Of a stretch of DNA of 64,000 nucleotides, positions 25,600 to 38,960 are shown in pieces. Each line of letters begins with the position of its first letter. The first letter of the stretch is position 1. The position numbers and the translations under genes were made by a program. The notes under the pieces are model-generated. The model was not told the DNA's origin. It searched no databases and saw only the letters and a list, made by a program, of their open reading frames with translations. The DNA is from Takakia lepidozioides (taxonomy: Eukaryota > Plantae > Bryophyta). Location of the stretch: the NCBI GenBank assembly GCA_030704615.1, contig CM060734.1, forward strand, positions 26,164,001-26,228,000, written 5' to 3'.

Positions 25600-27520
25600 T
25601 CTCTTGAGCAACTTGGGTGGTGCAAGATTGGTCCACCCAACCTAGGTCTATGTGTCCGTCACCCCACTACAGCTGCATCCAATAATACAGCTGGTCCAAT
25701 CATGACCGGATTTGATGTACACTGGCCATAACCCTAGCCCAAGAATCCCCCATGAGAGGAACATTCTCCAGGATGTAAGCTGGAGGTTGCACTTGCCTCA
25801 CTAGCAAGTCACGCAACACTCGCAACATCTCCCAGAACAGATGCGATCTTGCATCATGCAAACCATTACCATGACATGTGAGAGAATGTCCTTGCAGGCA
25901 AAACCACCCTGCTATCACCAAGTCAATGGGACCATGCCGGTCCATATCTTCTGCCTCCAGCATGGTAATGTCTGCTGGCAAGGCCTTTTGGTACCCTTGA
26001 ATTGCTGAGAAGGGCAACAATTCAGGATACTGGTGTGCGAGCAAGGCAATATGGCGCATGGAAACACGCCAAGCAATCTCATCCTTCTTCACATAAAAGT
26101 ACTTGCATACTGGGATCCGTGCTTACAACACTCCTGCAAGCCCAGTGCTCATGCCTCGAAACAAGTCTAGCAAATAAATCCCTGAGTCAGGGGTTTGCCA
26201 TGTAACGGGCACTATATCCAAAGGTGCTAACCGAGGAGGTCCAGGTGAAGCTGCTGAACTCCCCTCACTCACCGATGGGAAGGCCTCCTGCCATGTTTGC
26301 TGCACACACTGACCTATTACCTGATGCAGATTCCCAACTGTACCCACAGTGGGCTATGAACATGCACATGAGGAAGCAACTCAGCCTTGTATGCCAATTG
26401 CCTCTCCTCACCAGGTGGTGGGATATCCTTCGCATGCCTATTGCCCTCCAAGAGCTCACCATCCCAAGCCACCACACCTGAGAATGCAGCCAATGTGGGT
26501 CTCATATTCATATGATCCACGGCTATATTCCCAATAAACCGCACCAGGAGCAGTGCACGTCGGCCATCCCCTGACTGCCATCCCGACCTATAGGACGTTG
26601 TTTCCTCCCAGAAATCAAGAGTGAAACCCATAGGGTACAACACAGCCCTATCAACAAGCACATCGTACGACATTGCATCCGTAATAATGGCTTTTGTTCT
26701 CATGACTGAGCCATGTGTAGGATGATCTGACTGCAATCGAATGAAGATCGAGCTCATGGCGTGTGATCCCTCGTGCCTGCTCTGAACCACCTAGAGACAT
26801 CTGAATCTGGAAAGGGCAAGGCTCCAAATCTGCCTTTGTAAGGCCCAAGCCTGCAATTGCCGCCCTCCCCAATATCAATGGTTGAGCTCTCGAATCCAAC
26901 AAGACACGCAGTGGCAGTTGGGCCACCCAACTGAGAACAAATTTTTTTGGTTATCCACCAAGACTATTCCAGGAGTCACCATAGCGTGCTCGATAGCTGA
27001 CCTTGCTGGTAACTCTTGCAACCTTGCAGTTGCTGTCTGCCATGGCGCAGCTATGGCTGTCTTTACCTTTGGATCCACAACATCATGCATAGACTGCACC
27101 TTATTTGCTATCCCCACAGACAATGCTGAAGCATCACCATTCTCACATAGTGTAGCTGTCAGTCTTCACTGCACAGCTAGCCGAATCCTCGGCATTGTAA
27201 TTGTCATTGCAGAAAACAATGGAGCCTGGCAAATTGCCATAGCCGCCCCAACAATGTACTAGTTGTACCTTATGCATTGACATCCCCCAAGCCATGCCAG
27301 CTATCTCCAATGGCACTCTTGGCTCTACCTCTGACACACTTGGGCGAGCCGGCACCATCGATGGTGTGATTGGCACTGTCTTGGCCAACGTGAAAGACTG
27401 GGGAAGCCTTGTCTGTCGACTTGTTTCCCCTCTCTGTGGATCAAAATCCACATCCGCTCCCCTTGGCTTAGGAGCACGAATTGCTGCTTGAGTGACAGCA
27501 GCTACAGAGTCCACATGCAA
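25600..27520 (-). mobile_element. Older, degraded copy of the protease-DNMT retroelement
   Basis: Fragments VLLDSRAQP, LLDLFRGMSTG, IDLVIAGWFCLQGHS and YILENVP, colinear with 49660-51570 but with many frameshifts. Confidence 0.85.
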
Positions 27521-29309
27521 TGGTCCTGCAAGTGCACAGATTGCAAAGTTCACTGTATGGATGAATAAATTCATACATGGATGAATAAGTTCACATATTG
27601 TCTTGCTTGTTGGACTTGGTTCGAGTGCAATCTGCCATAGCTTGACAAGCTACTGAGCTGGTTAGGTATACATCGGGGCGCCGATGCAGCTCAAAGGAAA
27701 GAGGGAGCGGTGATGGCGGTTTCATAAATGATCGGTGATTGATGATAAAAGGGTCTAAGACGACTGAGAACCTGCATTTTGCTTAAGGGTAGACCCGGCT
27801 TATCCATTATAGTGGGAGAGAGTGCCTCAGAGTTATGAGGATGTAGTGAGGTTTATCTAGCAATGGGGGCGGCAAGAGCTGAATGTCATGAGGCCTGGAG
27901 GTGAGCAATTGTTACTCGAGCAGCAGCAGCGGTGACGACATGAGCAAGGTGGTGGCTGCAGCGACGGACAGCTCGACAACATGGGGGGGGGAATATAGGC
28001 TGAGAAGATCTGCAGTAAGACATAGTATTTAGTCATCGTATTGGAGACTAGCGATTCTTCTTCTTTTTGCTACGACTTGGAGCAGAACATGCAAGTTGGA
28101 GAGATAGCTTTGCAATGGCCTTAGGGGGGTGGTGAATGAAGCTGTGACAGAGTGAATTCAAACCAGATGGAGTCCTATGTAGAAAGAGCTGGTGTGTCTG
28201 CATTCTGGCTTTGTGAGAAGTGTATTCATTGTTGGTAGTGGTGTAGATGTTGCAACCTTTGTGACAATGAGGTCTATTGTATATGAGCTACAGTTTGTCT
28301 TGTTTCAGTAGAACTAAGTCAATTCGTTGTAGTAATGACCACAATGGAGGGGATGTTGAGTAGGTAGGATTTATGGCTCATTGTAGTCATTGGGGTTTAT
28401 GTTGGAATGTTGCATGTGGTAACGTTTGTATTTAGTTTGCTGCAGAGTATGGTGGTCATAGCAGGTAGGCCAAGGATTCCTGTGATGACATGTTGCACAC
28501 ACAAGGCCAACATGATGGGCTCAATGTATTTGCATAGCATATAGGCTGTAGTAAAATTGGTGTAAGGTATTGTGTTTGCAAACACAACTTGCGGCTGTGA
28601 GAAGAGAACATGGGATGGGAGAGAGACCTGAAAATGCACATCATAAAGTGGCTGGGAGCATGCTGAAGTAAGAAAGAGGAAAGACCATGAGATGTTTGCA
28701 GGGTTCTGGAGTAATTGTTCATTAAAAAAAAAACCTGCTGGGATGTTGAACTGACTGAATTTCACTAAGTTAGAGAGATAGGCAGAACAAGAAGAGTTGT
28801 GAACCTGCCATGTATGTCTGCCTTGTCATGATGTAAGGAAGAGAACAGGGGATGGGAGAATGATCACATCTGCATTCATGATCTGGAAAGAGGGGCTGCA
28901 TACTCAAATAAGCTAAGAGAAACACCCAGAGATGTCTGCAGTCATACTCTGTTAGAACTGAGACCAAACAAAGGAGTGTTGTCAAGCTGGGATCATCATG
29001 AATGTATCTAGAACTGAGGAAGAAAAGTTATAATGAGCAAGCCATAGCTGCATACTTCCTAGTGGAGACACTAACCCAACAATTGTGATGGTGTCTTTTG
29101 TGATGAGCACATGACTGACCATGTTGGCTATGCAATCATCAAACATATTGGTAACAATCTGAGAAGTATAAGGGGTAGACAAATTACTTTTATATGGCTT
29201 ATCTTTATCTTCTCTTCCGCTGTGGTGGGGGTAAGTCTGCACTACTCTGGTCATAATCAATTTGTAAGTAACACTACCTAGGCTTTTAGGCCATTTCTTT
29301 TCACCCTAC

Positions 29310-29690
29310 AATGGGGTCCTCCACAAACCCAACATGACACACCCGCCTGTTGCTGACCTGAGAATGAAGGGAGAGACCTCTGCATCTGAGTTCCTCTCTG
29401 ACCTTCACTGGGCTTCGTCTGAGCCCCCTTGTTGCCTTGAGCGCGTTGGGGTGGTTGTTGTTGTTGGCTAGGAGCATCACCCCGTAGTGACTCCTTACCA
29501 AACCCCACCATAACCACCCGCTTCTCCACCATATTGAGCTTTATCCGCTCTGCTAGCAAAAACACATTTACTAAGATGGGTTGGTCCATTTGTAGGAGAG
29601 TTGCATCCCATACCAGAATTGGACTGCCTGAGCTTCCGTAACCCCTTGGGTTACATTTATCAAGCGCCTCAAGCAAGTCTAAGCCTCCTG
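29310..29690 (-). mobile_element. Gag fragment of the same retroelement family
   Basis: Near-identical to ~51980-52371 with an internal deletion (NVFLLAERIKLNMV, CWVCGGPH). Confidence 0.85.
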
Positions 29691-30228
29691 TGGTGCAAAT
29701 TCTTGTGCCCTGTTTTTCATTTTCATTTTTGATGCACTTAAGGGTTAGTAGCCTGGGTGTGAGCACGAGGTGTGTGCGTAAGGGTAAGGCCTGATTGATG
29801 TTAGAGACTACCAGTTTGTCGAGCAGCTCCTGGTCCGGGGGTGAAATACCATTGATGTTATTGTGGTGGGGGGTGACAGTGATGAACCGCCCGTGAAGCT
29901 CAAACTCAGGCTTACTGTACCATTTAGTATAAATAGTAGGGTTTGTGCAGGTAATGTGCAACATACCTAGGTGCTTGGTTGTCTCCCAGAAAGCAATCTT
30001 GCAGAAATGGGTGTGCGTGATATTTCCGGGGCCAAAGAGGTTGTGCAGTTCGGTCAAGATGACTTGCTGTGGGTGCAACATGCTCAGATTCTTTGCCATT
30101 ATAATAAGCGCGTTACATTCGGCGATGGTATCTGCGTTGGCGCCACGAGTGCTTGCTTTGCCTTGCTTTCTAGTCCTTATGCGCGGTTTGATCATGAGCA
30201 CGTTGTCAATGGGAATACCTAGCTCCAT
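29690..30228 (-). mobile_element. Retroelement ORF1-like fragment (RRM-like)
   Basis: HNLFGPGNITHTHF..HLGMLHITCTNPTIYTKW..ELHGRFITVTPH; the strand bias continues into 27900-29260. Confidence 0.35.
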
Positions 30229-30231
30229 GAT

Positions 30232-31220
30232 TCAAGTTCGGGTGTCTCCTGTGACCAAATTGATAAAGCCATAGGAGGATTCAGGGTTAGGCTTAGTCAC
30301 GTGGAAAACACACATTACAACATACCCATTGTCAAGACAAGAGTGTCTTGCGGTGCTGGACGAGACGTCGTCCGACAACATTACGGGACCTTGAGGGAAC
30401 GTGCGAATATTCTTGTCAACTTGCCCTGAATCCTCTTCTCCGCCAAGTTGGTCATCAATTCGTTGTCTCACTGGACGGGTGCGAACATCTCCTTCCAGGT
30501 GTGAACCTCTCTCGAAGCAATGCAGGCGTGTCACGAAGGTTCTCTTGCAAGGCTGCTGCCCACTTCCGAGGATTCTTGATATGAAGGCCATCCGCATTAG
30601 CATTTCCTGTCTGTCCAGTCCCAAGCCCCACTGTTTCCCTTTCAAAAACTTGTTGTACCTGGATTGCTGCATGATTGACCTCACAATGTCCTCCGTTGTG
30701 GCAGTGATCAGTTTGTTTACTAGATGTGCCGCAGAGGAGGCACGCCATGAAGAATGCACTGATTCGGCCATGTTTGTTGTCGGCATGTCGGTGTCGGAGT
30801 CCAAACACAAATCCTTCAGATGCACATTCTCAGATTAGAAGCAAGTTACAAAGCATTGACAACCATAATATTGTTGGGGACGTGAAATCGTTCAACTCAC
30901 CTACCGCATATACTCGCCGATCTGTCCAAAACAGTAATGCCACCAAACAAGCCAACTGACCATTGCTCATTTTTATTTTTACAGCACCTGAAGTTGTCCA
31001 CCAAGCCCGTATACATGCAAACTCTGTCTCTGCATCATCCAAAGTGGGAGGATTCTTCCATGCAAGACACATGGAACGGTGGTCCTCTCTGAAAGCTGGT
31101 GCCACGAGTTTGGTTGTGTATTGCGACAAGCTCTGTAGAAAATGGAACCCCCCCGATACACCCTGTTGACTGTTGTCAATCGTTCCATGAGTGGGCTATT
31201 CCATTGGCCTATGCCCACAG
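30232..31220 (-). mobile_element. Mutator (MULE)-like transposase pseudogene
   Basis: FHFLQS (C.FH..Q-type motif, ~31133-31148), WW/LLFW helices and TTNMAESVHSSW (TnN.aES.h catalytic-Glu motif, ~30745-30782). Frameshifted. Confidence 0.65.
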
Positions 31221-31599
31221 AATGCTATAGAACTCGGAATCATAAATAGATATCATCATTCTTGGGTACCCAAGACGTCTATAGGATGGAATAGACCATA
31301 GTCTCATACGTAACATCGTACAGTTGTAAAGACAAATATATATTTTGATCATGAATGTCATAAATAAATTGCCATTGTAAATAATAAATTGCATATGCTT
31401 GAGCCTTACGCGTGTCATATCAACAAAATTGTTTGTGTACCATCTAACTGTTTATATGTTCGAATGTTCTATGTTGTGTAGAAAAGAAATAACTAGATGT
31501 TAACAAAAATTACAAAAGAAGTTTTTCAACAACCGTTTCACCACTCCAATTACTGTCTCTTTACGGTGGGATTCTTAATCACAAGAAGTTGGTTTAATA

Positions 31600-33125
31600 T
31601 CTTCCCCCTGCACTCTGTCCCCTGCCACCAAAAGTTATTACTCATCCCTCCGATGGTGCTGACCCCCCAATCCACTCCTCCGCTGCCTCGAGCAACTCCT
31701 GCACCCGACGGCTCATCAACATCACCATACCCTGAAATGCAAACGCACAATAACTCCGTCCCCCCCGCAGCTTCACAACCGCCGCCCCTGCATAAACATA
31801 AAGGTCATTCTTATGACCACCTGCTGGCCCAGCTGCCTCTCTCAATGCAGCTTCCCCCCCTTTGGCTATATTATCAGCCCACAAAGGCAAACTACCCCAG
31901 CAGGCACTCCCTCCAGCACCCCAAGTTTTTTCCTCTACTGCACCACTGCCCACTTTCTCTACGCAGGCCTTCACCCGCAATCCTACTATAGTGTAGTGCT
32001 CTCTCCACGCAGCTTTTCTTCGCCCTCTCCCTTCACAACAGACCCACGTATGTTTAGTCATAGAATTGGTAGCATCCAGAAGCGCTTTCGCAGTATACAT
32101 AAACAATCTAGGTCCAACCACAAACCTACGCACAGTTAAAACTCTCTTGCCTGTCCTCACTCCACCCACAGACCAGCCAGAGCCTCGAAATACCAGATGG
32201 ACAGAGATGCAGAAATGGTACACCAGATGGGGGAAGAAGAAGATATCAGTGACATGCACCTCTCCGAGGAGCAGTACTTTGCAACGGAACACGCTTACCA
32301 AACTCGCTCCAAGCAAAATCTGTCGTCTGCCACCCAGCGTCCAAGGAAACAAGACTCGGCTAAGCTACTCAAGTCATTCTCTCAGGCCCCGGATCAGCAC
32401 CTGCAGACTCAGCCAGCGGACCCACCAGCGATCAACCTGCGCACCAAACGCACCTCAAGCTCCTTCAACAACGACACAAGAAGCACTCATTCAGATTCCA
32501 AAAAAATCTGGGGTCTCGCAGCACAAAACTAGTATTGGCGACCCAATCAAGCCAGATTCCCCGCTACTTTGGATGGGTTATGCCACGCTCGAGCAGCATG
32601 CAGCCGATGCAGCACATCCCTTTGTCACAGAGGAACGCTCATCCTTCGAACTTCAAAGCCTCGGCCTGGCGGTCTCCGAAATCTATGAATTAAGGCATTG
32701 TCTCAAGGCCTTCCCCCATGTGCCGCAGCTCTACTTCCCTGCAATCGACCGGATGGACGCGAGGGCCAACTTTATCCACTGACCCAGCTGCCCAAGGGCA
32801 CTAAGGTCGACACACAGGTCTTCCCTCCTCACCCTACCATATAATGATTTGCTTTGATCGTGACACAGATCTTCCAAAAGAGCAGGCTCTTTACAGGGCG
32901 CGCAAACGTTTTGAGGACATGAAGATACCACTGGGAAACGTTCTCTACTCACCCATCACGGCATACACCAAGCACGGCAGCAGGACATGTTCAGGTCTCC
33001 TAAAGATCGAATTGCTCCACCCGGGCGTTGATGGCCTAGCGCTCCTAAAAGGTGATTGTGCCTTTGTCACATGTGGAGATGGCATCAGGTGCGCTGGTCC
33101 AGGGGAAAGTAGAGAAAGCATTTGA
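31600..33125 (+). mobile_element. Degraded retroelement ORF1-like region
   Basis: Broken Pro/Ser-rich ORFs followed by MICFDRDTDL..CSGLLKIELLHPGVDGLALLKG. C/A-rich strand. Confidence 0.35.
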
Positions 33126-33264
33126 TGTTAGTCCTCCGAAAATGAAGTTAGGCAGAAAAATTCCCTGAACTTGTTTCCAATCTGTGAGAATATGGGAGAG
33201 GCCATCATGGATGGCCTCAAGGGTTTATCCACCCTCGGCACTAGACTGAAAACTAAACTTAGGG

Positions 33265-34500
33265 CAGGAGCCTACCTTTGAACAACACCTGGTTGTCCAC
33301 CTCAGTATTGGAGCACCCTGGCACCTTTCTTACACCTTTGGCCTGCATCATTTCCCTCACCTTTGCTGTGTCAGCCCACCTGCCAGACAGCGTAGATGTT
33401 GATAGTAGCACGTAAATTGCAGCATATAAAGGCGATATTGTCTGGCTTCAAGCCTTCCTTTTGCATTCCTTCAAATAGTTGCAGGGCATTCCTATGACAA
33501 CCATGCTGGGCATATCCTGCGATCTTCCCATTCCGGGGACACCACATCTCGTTCGATCATATTGTCAAACACTCCCTTGCATCCTCAATGCACCCACATT
33601 TGGCATACATGACCACGAGGGTATTGTTCAGAATGACAATGGGTACAATTCCAGCTTTGACAATGTCACCATGGACCTCTTTGCCGTTTTCCAAAGCTGC
33701 CAGGCTTGTACATGCATTGCAAATGCACACGAACGTGATGTGGTCGGGCTTCACCCCTTCCCCCATTATTTGATCATAGATCTCCAAAGCTCCATCCCAC
33801 GTCCCTGCTGTGCATACCCTGCAAGCATCGCGTTCCACGACACCACATCTCGTTCAGGCAAAGTGTTGAAAACTCCCTTCGCATCCTTAATGCACCCACA
33901 TTTGGCATACATGTCCACCAGGGCAGTGTTCAGAATGACATCTGGTAGAATTCCAGCTTTGACAATGTCACCATGGACCTCTTTTCCCTTTTGCAGGGCT
34001 CCTAGGCTTGCACATGCATTGCAAACACCAACAAAATATGGTTGGACTTCACCCCTTCGCGCAGCATTTGCTCATAGGTCTCCAAAGCATTCCTACCACA
34101 CCCATGCTTGGTAAATCCTGCCAACATTGTATTCCACGTGATCAAAGATCGTTGAGGCACTCCTTTGAACACTTGGTGAGCATTTGTGATGCTCCCGCAC
34201 TTAACATACATAAACTGACAAGGGTGTTGAGGAGAAAAACACTTTGGTGAATCCACTTTGGATCATAATGTGAGTGTGCACTTGCTTTCCAGCTTGCAGA
34301 CCTTTCATCTTGATGCATTTAAGCAAGAGAGAGACATACGTATCTGAATCTGCTGAAATGCCTTCTTGGTTTAAAGTCTGTAGAGCCTCTGTCAGTCTAT
34401 CTGCCTCACAAAGCATCTTCATATGCCACATGAAAAGTATTCATTCCACAACTTCTCCTCATCTCTATTGCGTGTTCTTGGATACTTTCATGTTGTCACA
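33265..34500 (-). pseudogene. PLS-class PPR protein with E domain (organellar RNA-editing-factor type), frameshifted and internally deleted
   Basis: Repeats such as NTALVDMYAKCGCIKDA, DVVSWNAMLAGY and GVKPDHITFV. E-domain-like IYVLLS..GRWADTAKVREMMQAKGVRKVPGCS..EVDNQV at ~33270-33420. Several frameshifts. Confidence 0.85.
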
Positions 34501-36449
34501 TTGGTAGTATCATGTCAAAGTCACTCCAAACTAGATTCACTCAACCAGCTAACTTGCAGCATTCAACATAGAAATTTAGGGCCGATTCTGATAAGAAAGG
34601 AAAACAGGGTGAAATGTGTTGAAGCAGGTGCCTTGATTAGCAGTGCCGCATTTTATCAATTGTGCCGCTGTTGCTGCAGCTTCCAGTTGATCATCTACCC
34701 ATGAAGGTTTCTTGTAGCTATCCTTCTACAGGGAATCATAGGTAGCTGACAGTGACGGCCTAGATTTGTTCTAGCAAAGACCGCAACCCTAATTATCACA
34801 CTAGTTCCTATGCTGACTTGCGCTTCCAACAGGCATTCATCTTTTTGCCTCGATTGTTCCACCCTTGACTGCGGTCAGAAACATATTCATTCTAGAGCTT
34901 CTCCTCGTCTCTGTTATCCGCGTTTCGATACTTACTTGCTGCTACATCGGCAGTAACTTGTCAAAGTCACTCCAAATGACCACCACAGATCCACCCAACG
35001 AGCTAACTTACAGAATTCAATGTGCATCTCAGGGCCGAGTCTGATGAGAGGGCAAAATAGGCTGAAATAGGTCGGAGAAGAATCTCGTGTGTGCTGCTTG
35101 TGTCTGTATTCAGGTAATGTCGGATTGGTCTGTGAAGCAACATGAGTGATAGATGAGCTCTACCCAAACATGTTCAAGGATCAGGCTGGTGTCTTAACTG
35201 ACCAGTCTGACCAGAATTGTTCTCTAATTTGTTACAGGTAATTTCTCTTTGCTCTCTTCTTCAAGTGACCCGTCAGTTGGCAGTCACAACAGAGTTCATG
35301 TCATTGGGCAGTGACATCTTTGTGACAAACAGCTCAGCGTCCCAAATTTCTCTTTTGCAGCCTCCTCTGAGCATCCCCTACTCTTTGGTGGTGAGTGTTA
35401 ACGAACATACGCTATGAGTCAGAGTGAAACTAAGTTTATACTACAGGAGAAAAACAGGAGACAGTTAAAAAAAATAAGTTTTGATTCCTCAATGCAACAT
35501 ATATGTAATCAAGAATGGCGTTTTGGCTATGTATGCAGAATGTGCATGTATATTAGTTGTAGGACACTAAATACTTACAGGTTATCCATTACATTGCACA
35601 TGAATCAAGCAAGCAAAGCTCAGGGTACCTCCTCAGCTGTGGCATAAAATAGAGCAACAGAGGAGCTGCACTATTTGATTCCGCTTCTGCGTTGGCATCT
35701 TTTCTCAAGGTCCTCGGTGTGCACAATCCCTCTTTGAACTCAACTTTTCTAGGCTTGAATTCAGTTATAGTGGATAATACCGCCACATGACAGCTCTGGA
35801 GAGTTCGTGATACTAGGCTTACATGCCTGCGCTGGCAGCACCTTGTGGACTGCAACCAGCACTGGAAATGAAATGTGTCTGCAACATGAGCAGCCCCTTT
35901 TCGATCCCTTGATACTGTTGAAGACCGACCAAGAAAGGAGGAATCACAGGAGCGGCGCATCCAGCATGCACTCTGCCATCTCCTTCCCCGATTTCTCGCA
36001 CCTGGAAGGATTTTTCAAGCAATTTTAGGGTTTCTCTGTACAGACCACAAAATACAAAGCAGGGCTGGAAATAGTAAAATGGAAGTGGATGGCGAGCAAA
36101 GAAGGTTCATGTACCAGAATAGCAAAAGCCATATATTTATACATTCCTATTGCATTTTAAAGGAAACCTGGGAGCGACAGCCCCCTATATACTATATACT
36201 ATATACCATTCACTTATGGGTCTTCATTTATGAATAGTTTACATGTGTAAGATTCACTTATTGGTCTTATCCAATCAAGGTACATTCAGTTAGCATTTAA
36301 GTGGGGGAGGATTATGTGTTTCATGTAGGTATTATCTAATGGAAGTATATCAGGATCTTACTCATTTTTGGCACCAATGCGTGGTCTCTCCCTTATAGGG
36401 AGGAGCCAACAAACATCTTACTTCATATATTGACTAGGATAGCCTCTGC

Positions 36450-36960
36450 CCTTAGCCCAAGTGTCTAGTGTCATCTAAGTCCAAGTGCAATCCCCTATGT
36501 ATCCAAGTGCGTCTCCTATGTCGAGGCCCAAATGCGACCTCTAGGCCGTTGGCCCAAGTGTCAAGTGTCATCTAAGCCCAAGTGTGAATCTTCTATGTAT
36601 CCCAATGCGTCTCCTATGTCGAGGCCCAAGTGCAACCTCTAGGGTAGCATGTGCCATTGGCCCAAGTGTCCAGCGTCATGTAAGCCCAAGTGCAATCTCA
36701 TATGCATTCAAATGCGTCTCATGTGTCTAGGCTATGACCTCCAGGTAGCTTGTGTCGTTGGCCCAAGTGTCCAGTATCATCAAGTCCCAGTGCAATCCCT
36801 ATGTATCCAAATACGTCTCCTATGTCAAGAATGTGTGAAGAATTGAAATCTAAGCCCAAGTGTAATCTCCTATGTATCCAAGTGCTTCTCCCATGTAGAG
36901 GCCCAAGTGCAAGCTCCAGTGTCCAATGTCATCTAAGTCAAAGTGCAATCTCAAAGCCCA
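36450..36960. repeat. ~105-bp degenerate tandem repeat (about 5 units)
   Basis: Recurring gcccaagtgtc..gtcatctaagcccaagtgcaatc.ctatgtatccaa..gcgtctcctatgtcga. Confidence 0.8.
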
Positions 36961-37100
36961 CTTTGCTATTTTTGCAATCTCCGTTGTCGAGGCTTCATAT
37001 ATTGATATATCCACTTTGCTATTTTTCACGAATTTCCAGCGACCAAAAGCACTTGAAATTCAAATCTGCCACATGATGGGCCAATCATAGCTCCAGGAAA

Positions 37101-37534
37101 GCCCACTTTGCTATTTTTTTCGAATTTCTAACGACCCAAAGCACTTGAAATTCCACATCTCCCACACCGCGGGTCCAAAAATCATGAGACCAAGCCGGTG
37201 CACCCCTCCTCATCGAGGGCTTTCCGACGGCACCAAGCACCGGGGCTGGGCCCGCGGTTTGGGAGATCTCAACCACGCTACAAAACAAAACAAAACAAAC
37301 GACAAAACAAAACAAACTCTGAATCTAGGCGTTTGTTTTGTTTTGTTTTGTTTTGTAGCGTGGTTGAGATCTCCCAAACCGCGGGCCCAGCCCCGGTGCT
37401 TGGTGCCGTTGGAAAGCCCTTGATGAGGAGGGGTGCACCGGCTTGGTCTCATGATTTTTGGACCTGCGGTGTGGGAGATGTGGAATTTCAACTACTTTGG
37501 GTAGCTGGAAATTCACAAAAAATAGAAAGTGGGC
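37101..37534. repeat. Long inverted repeat (hairpin) with ~200-bp arms
   Basis: 37101-37300 is the reverse complement of ~37331-37534, with a short loop and (CAAAA)n/(GTTTT)n inner ends. Mirror ORFs 37145-37423(+) and 37210-37491(-) encode nearly the same peptide. Confidence 0.92.
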
Positions 37535-38714
37535 ATTCCTTGAGACAATGGTTGGAGCCTCGACAAGAGAGATATCAAGGGAAAGGTCTCCGGTTCAAAT
37601 CTGGTCGTAGGCTCTGTGGAAAAAAAATGATTAGATATGGCTTGCTTCATATATTGATGCACTTGGACCTAGATGACATTGGATATTGTGACACTCTTTT
37701 ATTTAATTTGACTAAAAGGCTGTCCCCTTTCCTATATATATACTAGGGTAGCCTGTGCCAATTGAAAGAAAAAAAAAATGTGAAGAACAAATATACAAGG
37801 AAAGAGAGACGGAGAAACCAACAGAAAACAAATGAGAACTTTTTCCCTTGCCCGTTTGATTTCAACAAGGAGGTTTGACTCAGTTGAGGTGCTTGGAAAT
37901 TGCTTAGGTTTGAATTGAACTGCTTGAAATTGCCTAGTCGTTTGCACTGGGAGAGCTTTCTGAGCTCAGGTGTTGAGAGGTGCAACTCTCACGCTTGACG
38001 CAGAGGGACTCAGCTACAGGGATAACCTAGATCAGCTGCCTGTTCTGGTTCGCAGTGCTGCCTCATGAGGTCACCGTGTATGGTCGGAGCTTCTTCAACT
38101 CTCTAGATAAAGTTCTGTCATCTCATGTATGTTGACAGTTGGATATATATGATCTAGCTAGTAGCTTGATCAGCACACCTTTTGTAGGGAGTGACGTCGC
38201 GGATCGATGATTGGATGCTTCTGACCCTGACAATCTCACTGGGCTGAAGTATTCTATACTGCAGAATGACAATTCCAGATCACCAATACAAATATACGAC
38301 AGCCAAGGTTATGAGGCTAATAGTCGACCATACTGCTGGTCCACTGAATGCCGCGGAGCTTTGCGTTGCCACACTGAAGTTCACTGCACACCATGAGATC
38401 AGCAGCAGTCATCGGAATATATTCACCAAACAATTCCTGAACCCTCGTGCGAGTACTGACTTAATGGGAAGCTCTCTCTCCCTACCACCAAAATATACCC
38501 ACCAAAGAGTTTTTCAAAATCCATCCGGCTATGGCATGGTCAGTAGAACTTTTTCACCCTTACTGCGGGCTCCTCTCCACTCCCCTACCCTTCTTACCAT
38601 CTTTTCCCCAGGCATGTAAGACATTGAGTGATCAGCTTCTCACCTATCCATTGTCTAAATTGACCACAACGAAGCCGAGGAAAGTGGTCAAGAGATCCGT
38701 TACCATATTTGGCT

Positions 38715-38960
38715 GAGGCGTCGTTGCAAGCAGCTTAACTGGTATCATTGAAAAAGGTAAGGTTGGCATTGTTGTTGAAACGAAACCCCTCGAAGATCCC
38801 CTGGATGCATTTGAGCTGACTCTGCATCTGCTTGTAGCATCCTCTTGTACAAAAGGCCTTAGCATCGCTTTTGGCCACTAATACCATACTGCCATTCTGC
38901 GTGAGGTTGCCATGAGGCACCTGGCATACAGCACTCTGTTGCAATCACCCACGAATGATC
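38715..38960 (-). CDS. Possible exon of a small Cys-rich plant protein
   Basis: C..NLTQNGSMVL..DAKAFCTRGCYKQMQSQLKCIQGIFEGFRFNNNA resembles the C..L..sG.l...FC.g.C......L.Ci..i...F.F.N.A pattern of a conserved plant family. Recalled pattern only. Confidence 0.4.

Noticed and set aside
37085-37746. Paired ORFs on opposite strands
   Set aside because: Artefact of the inverted repeat.
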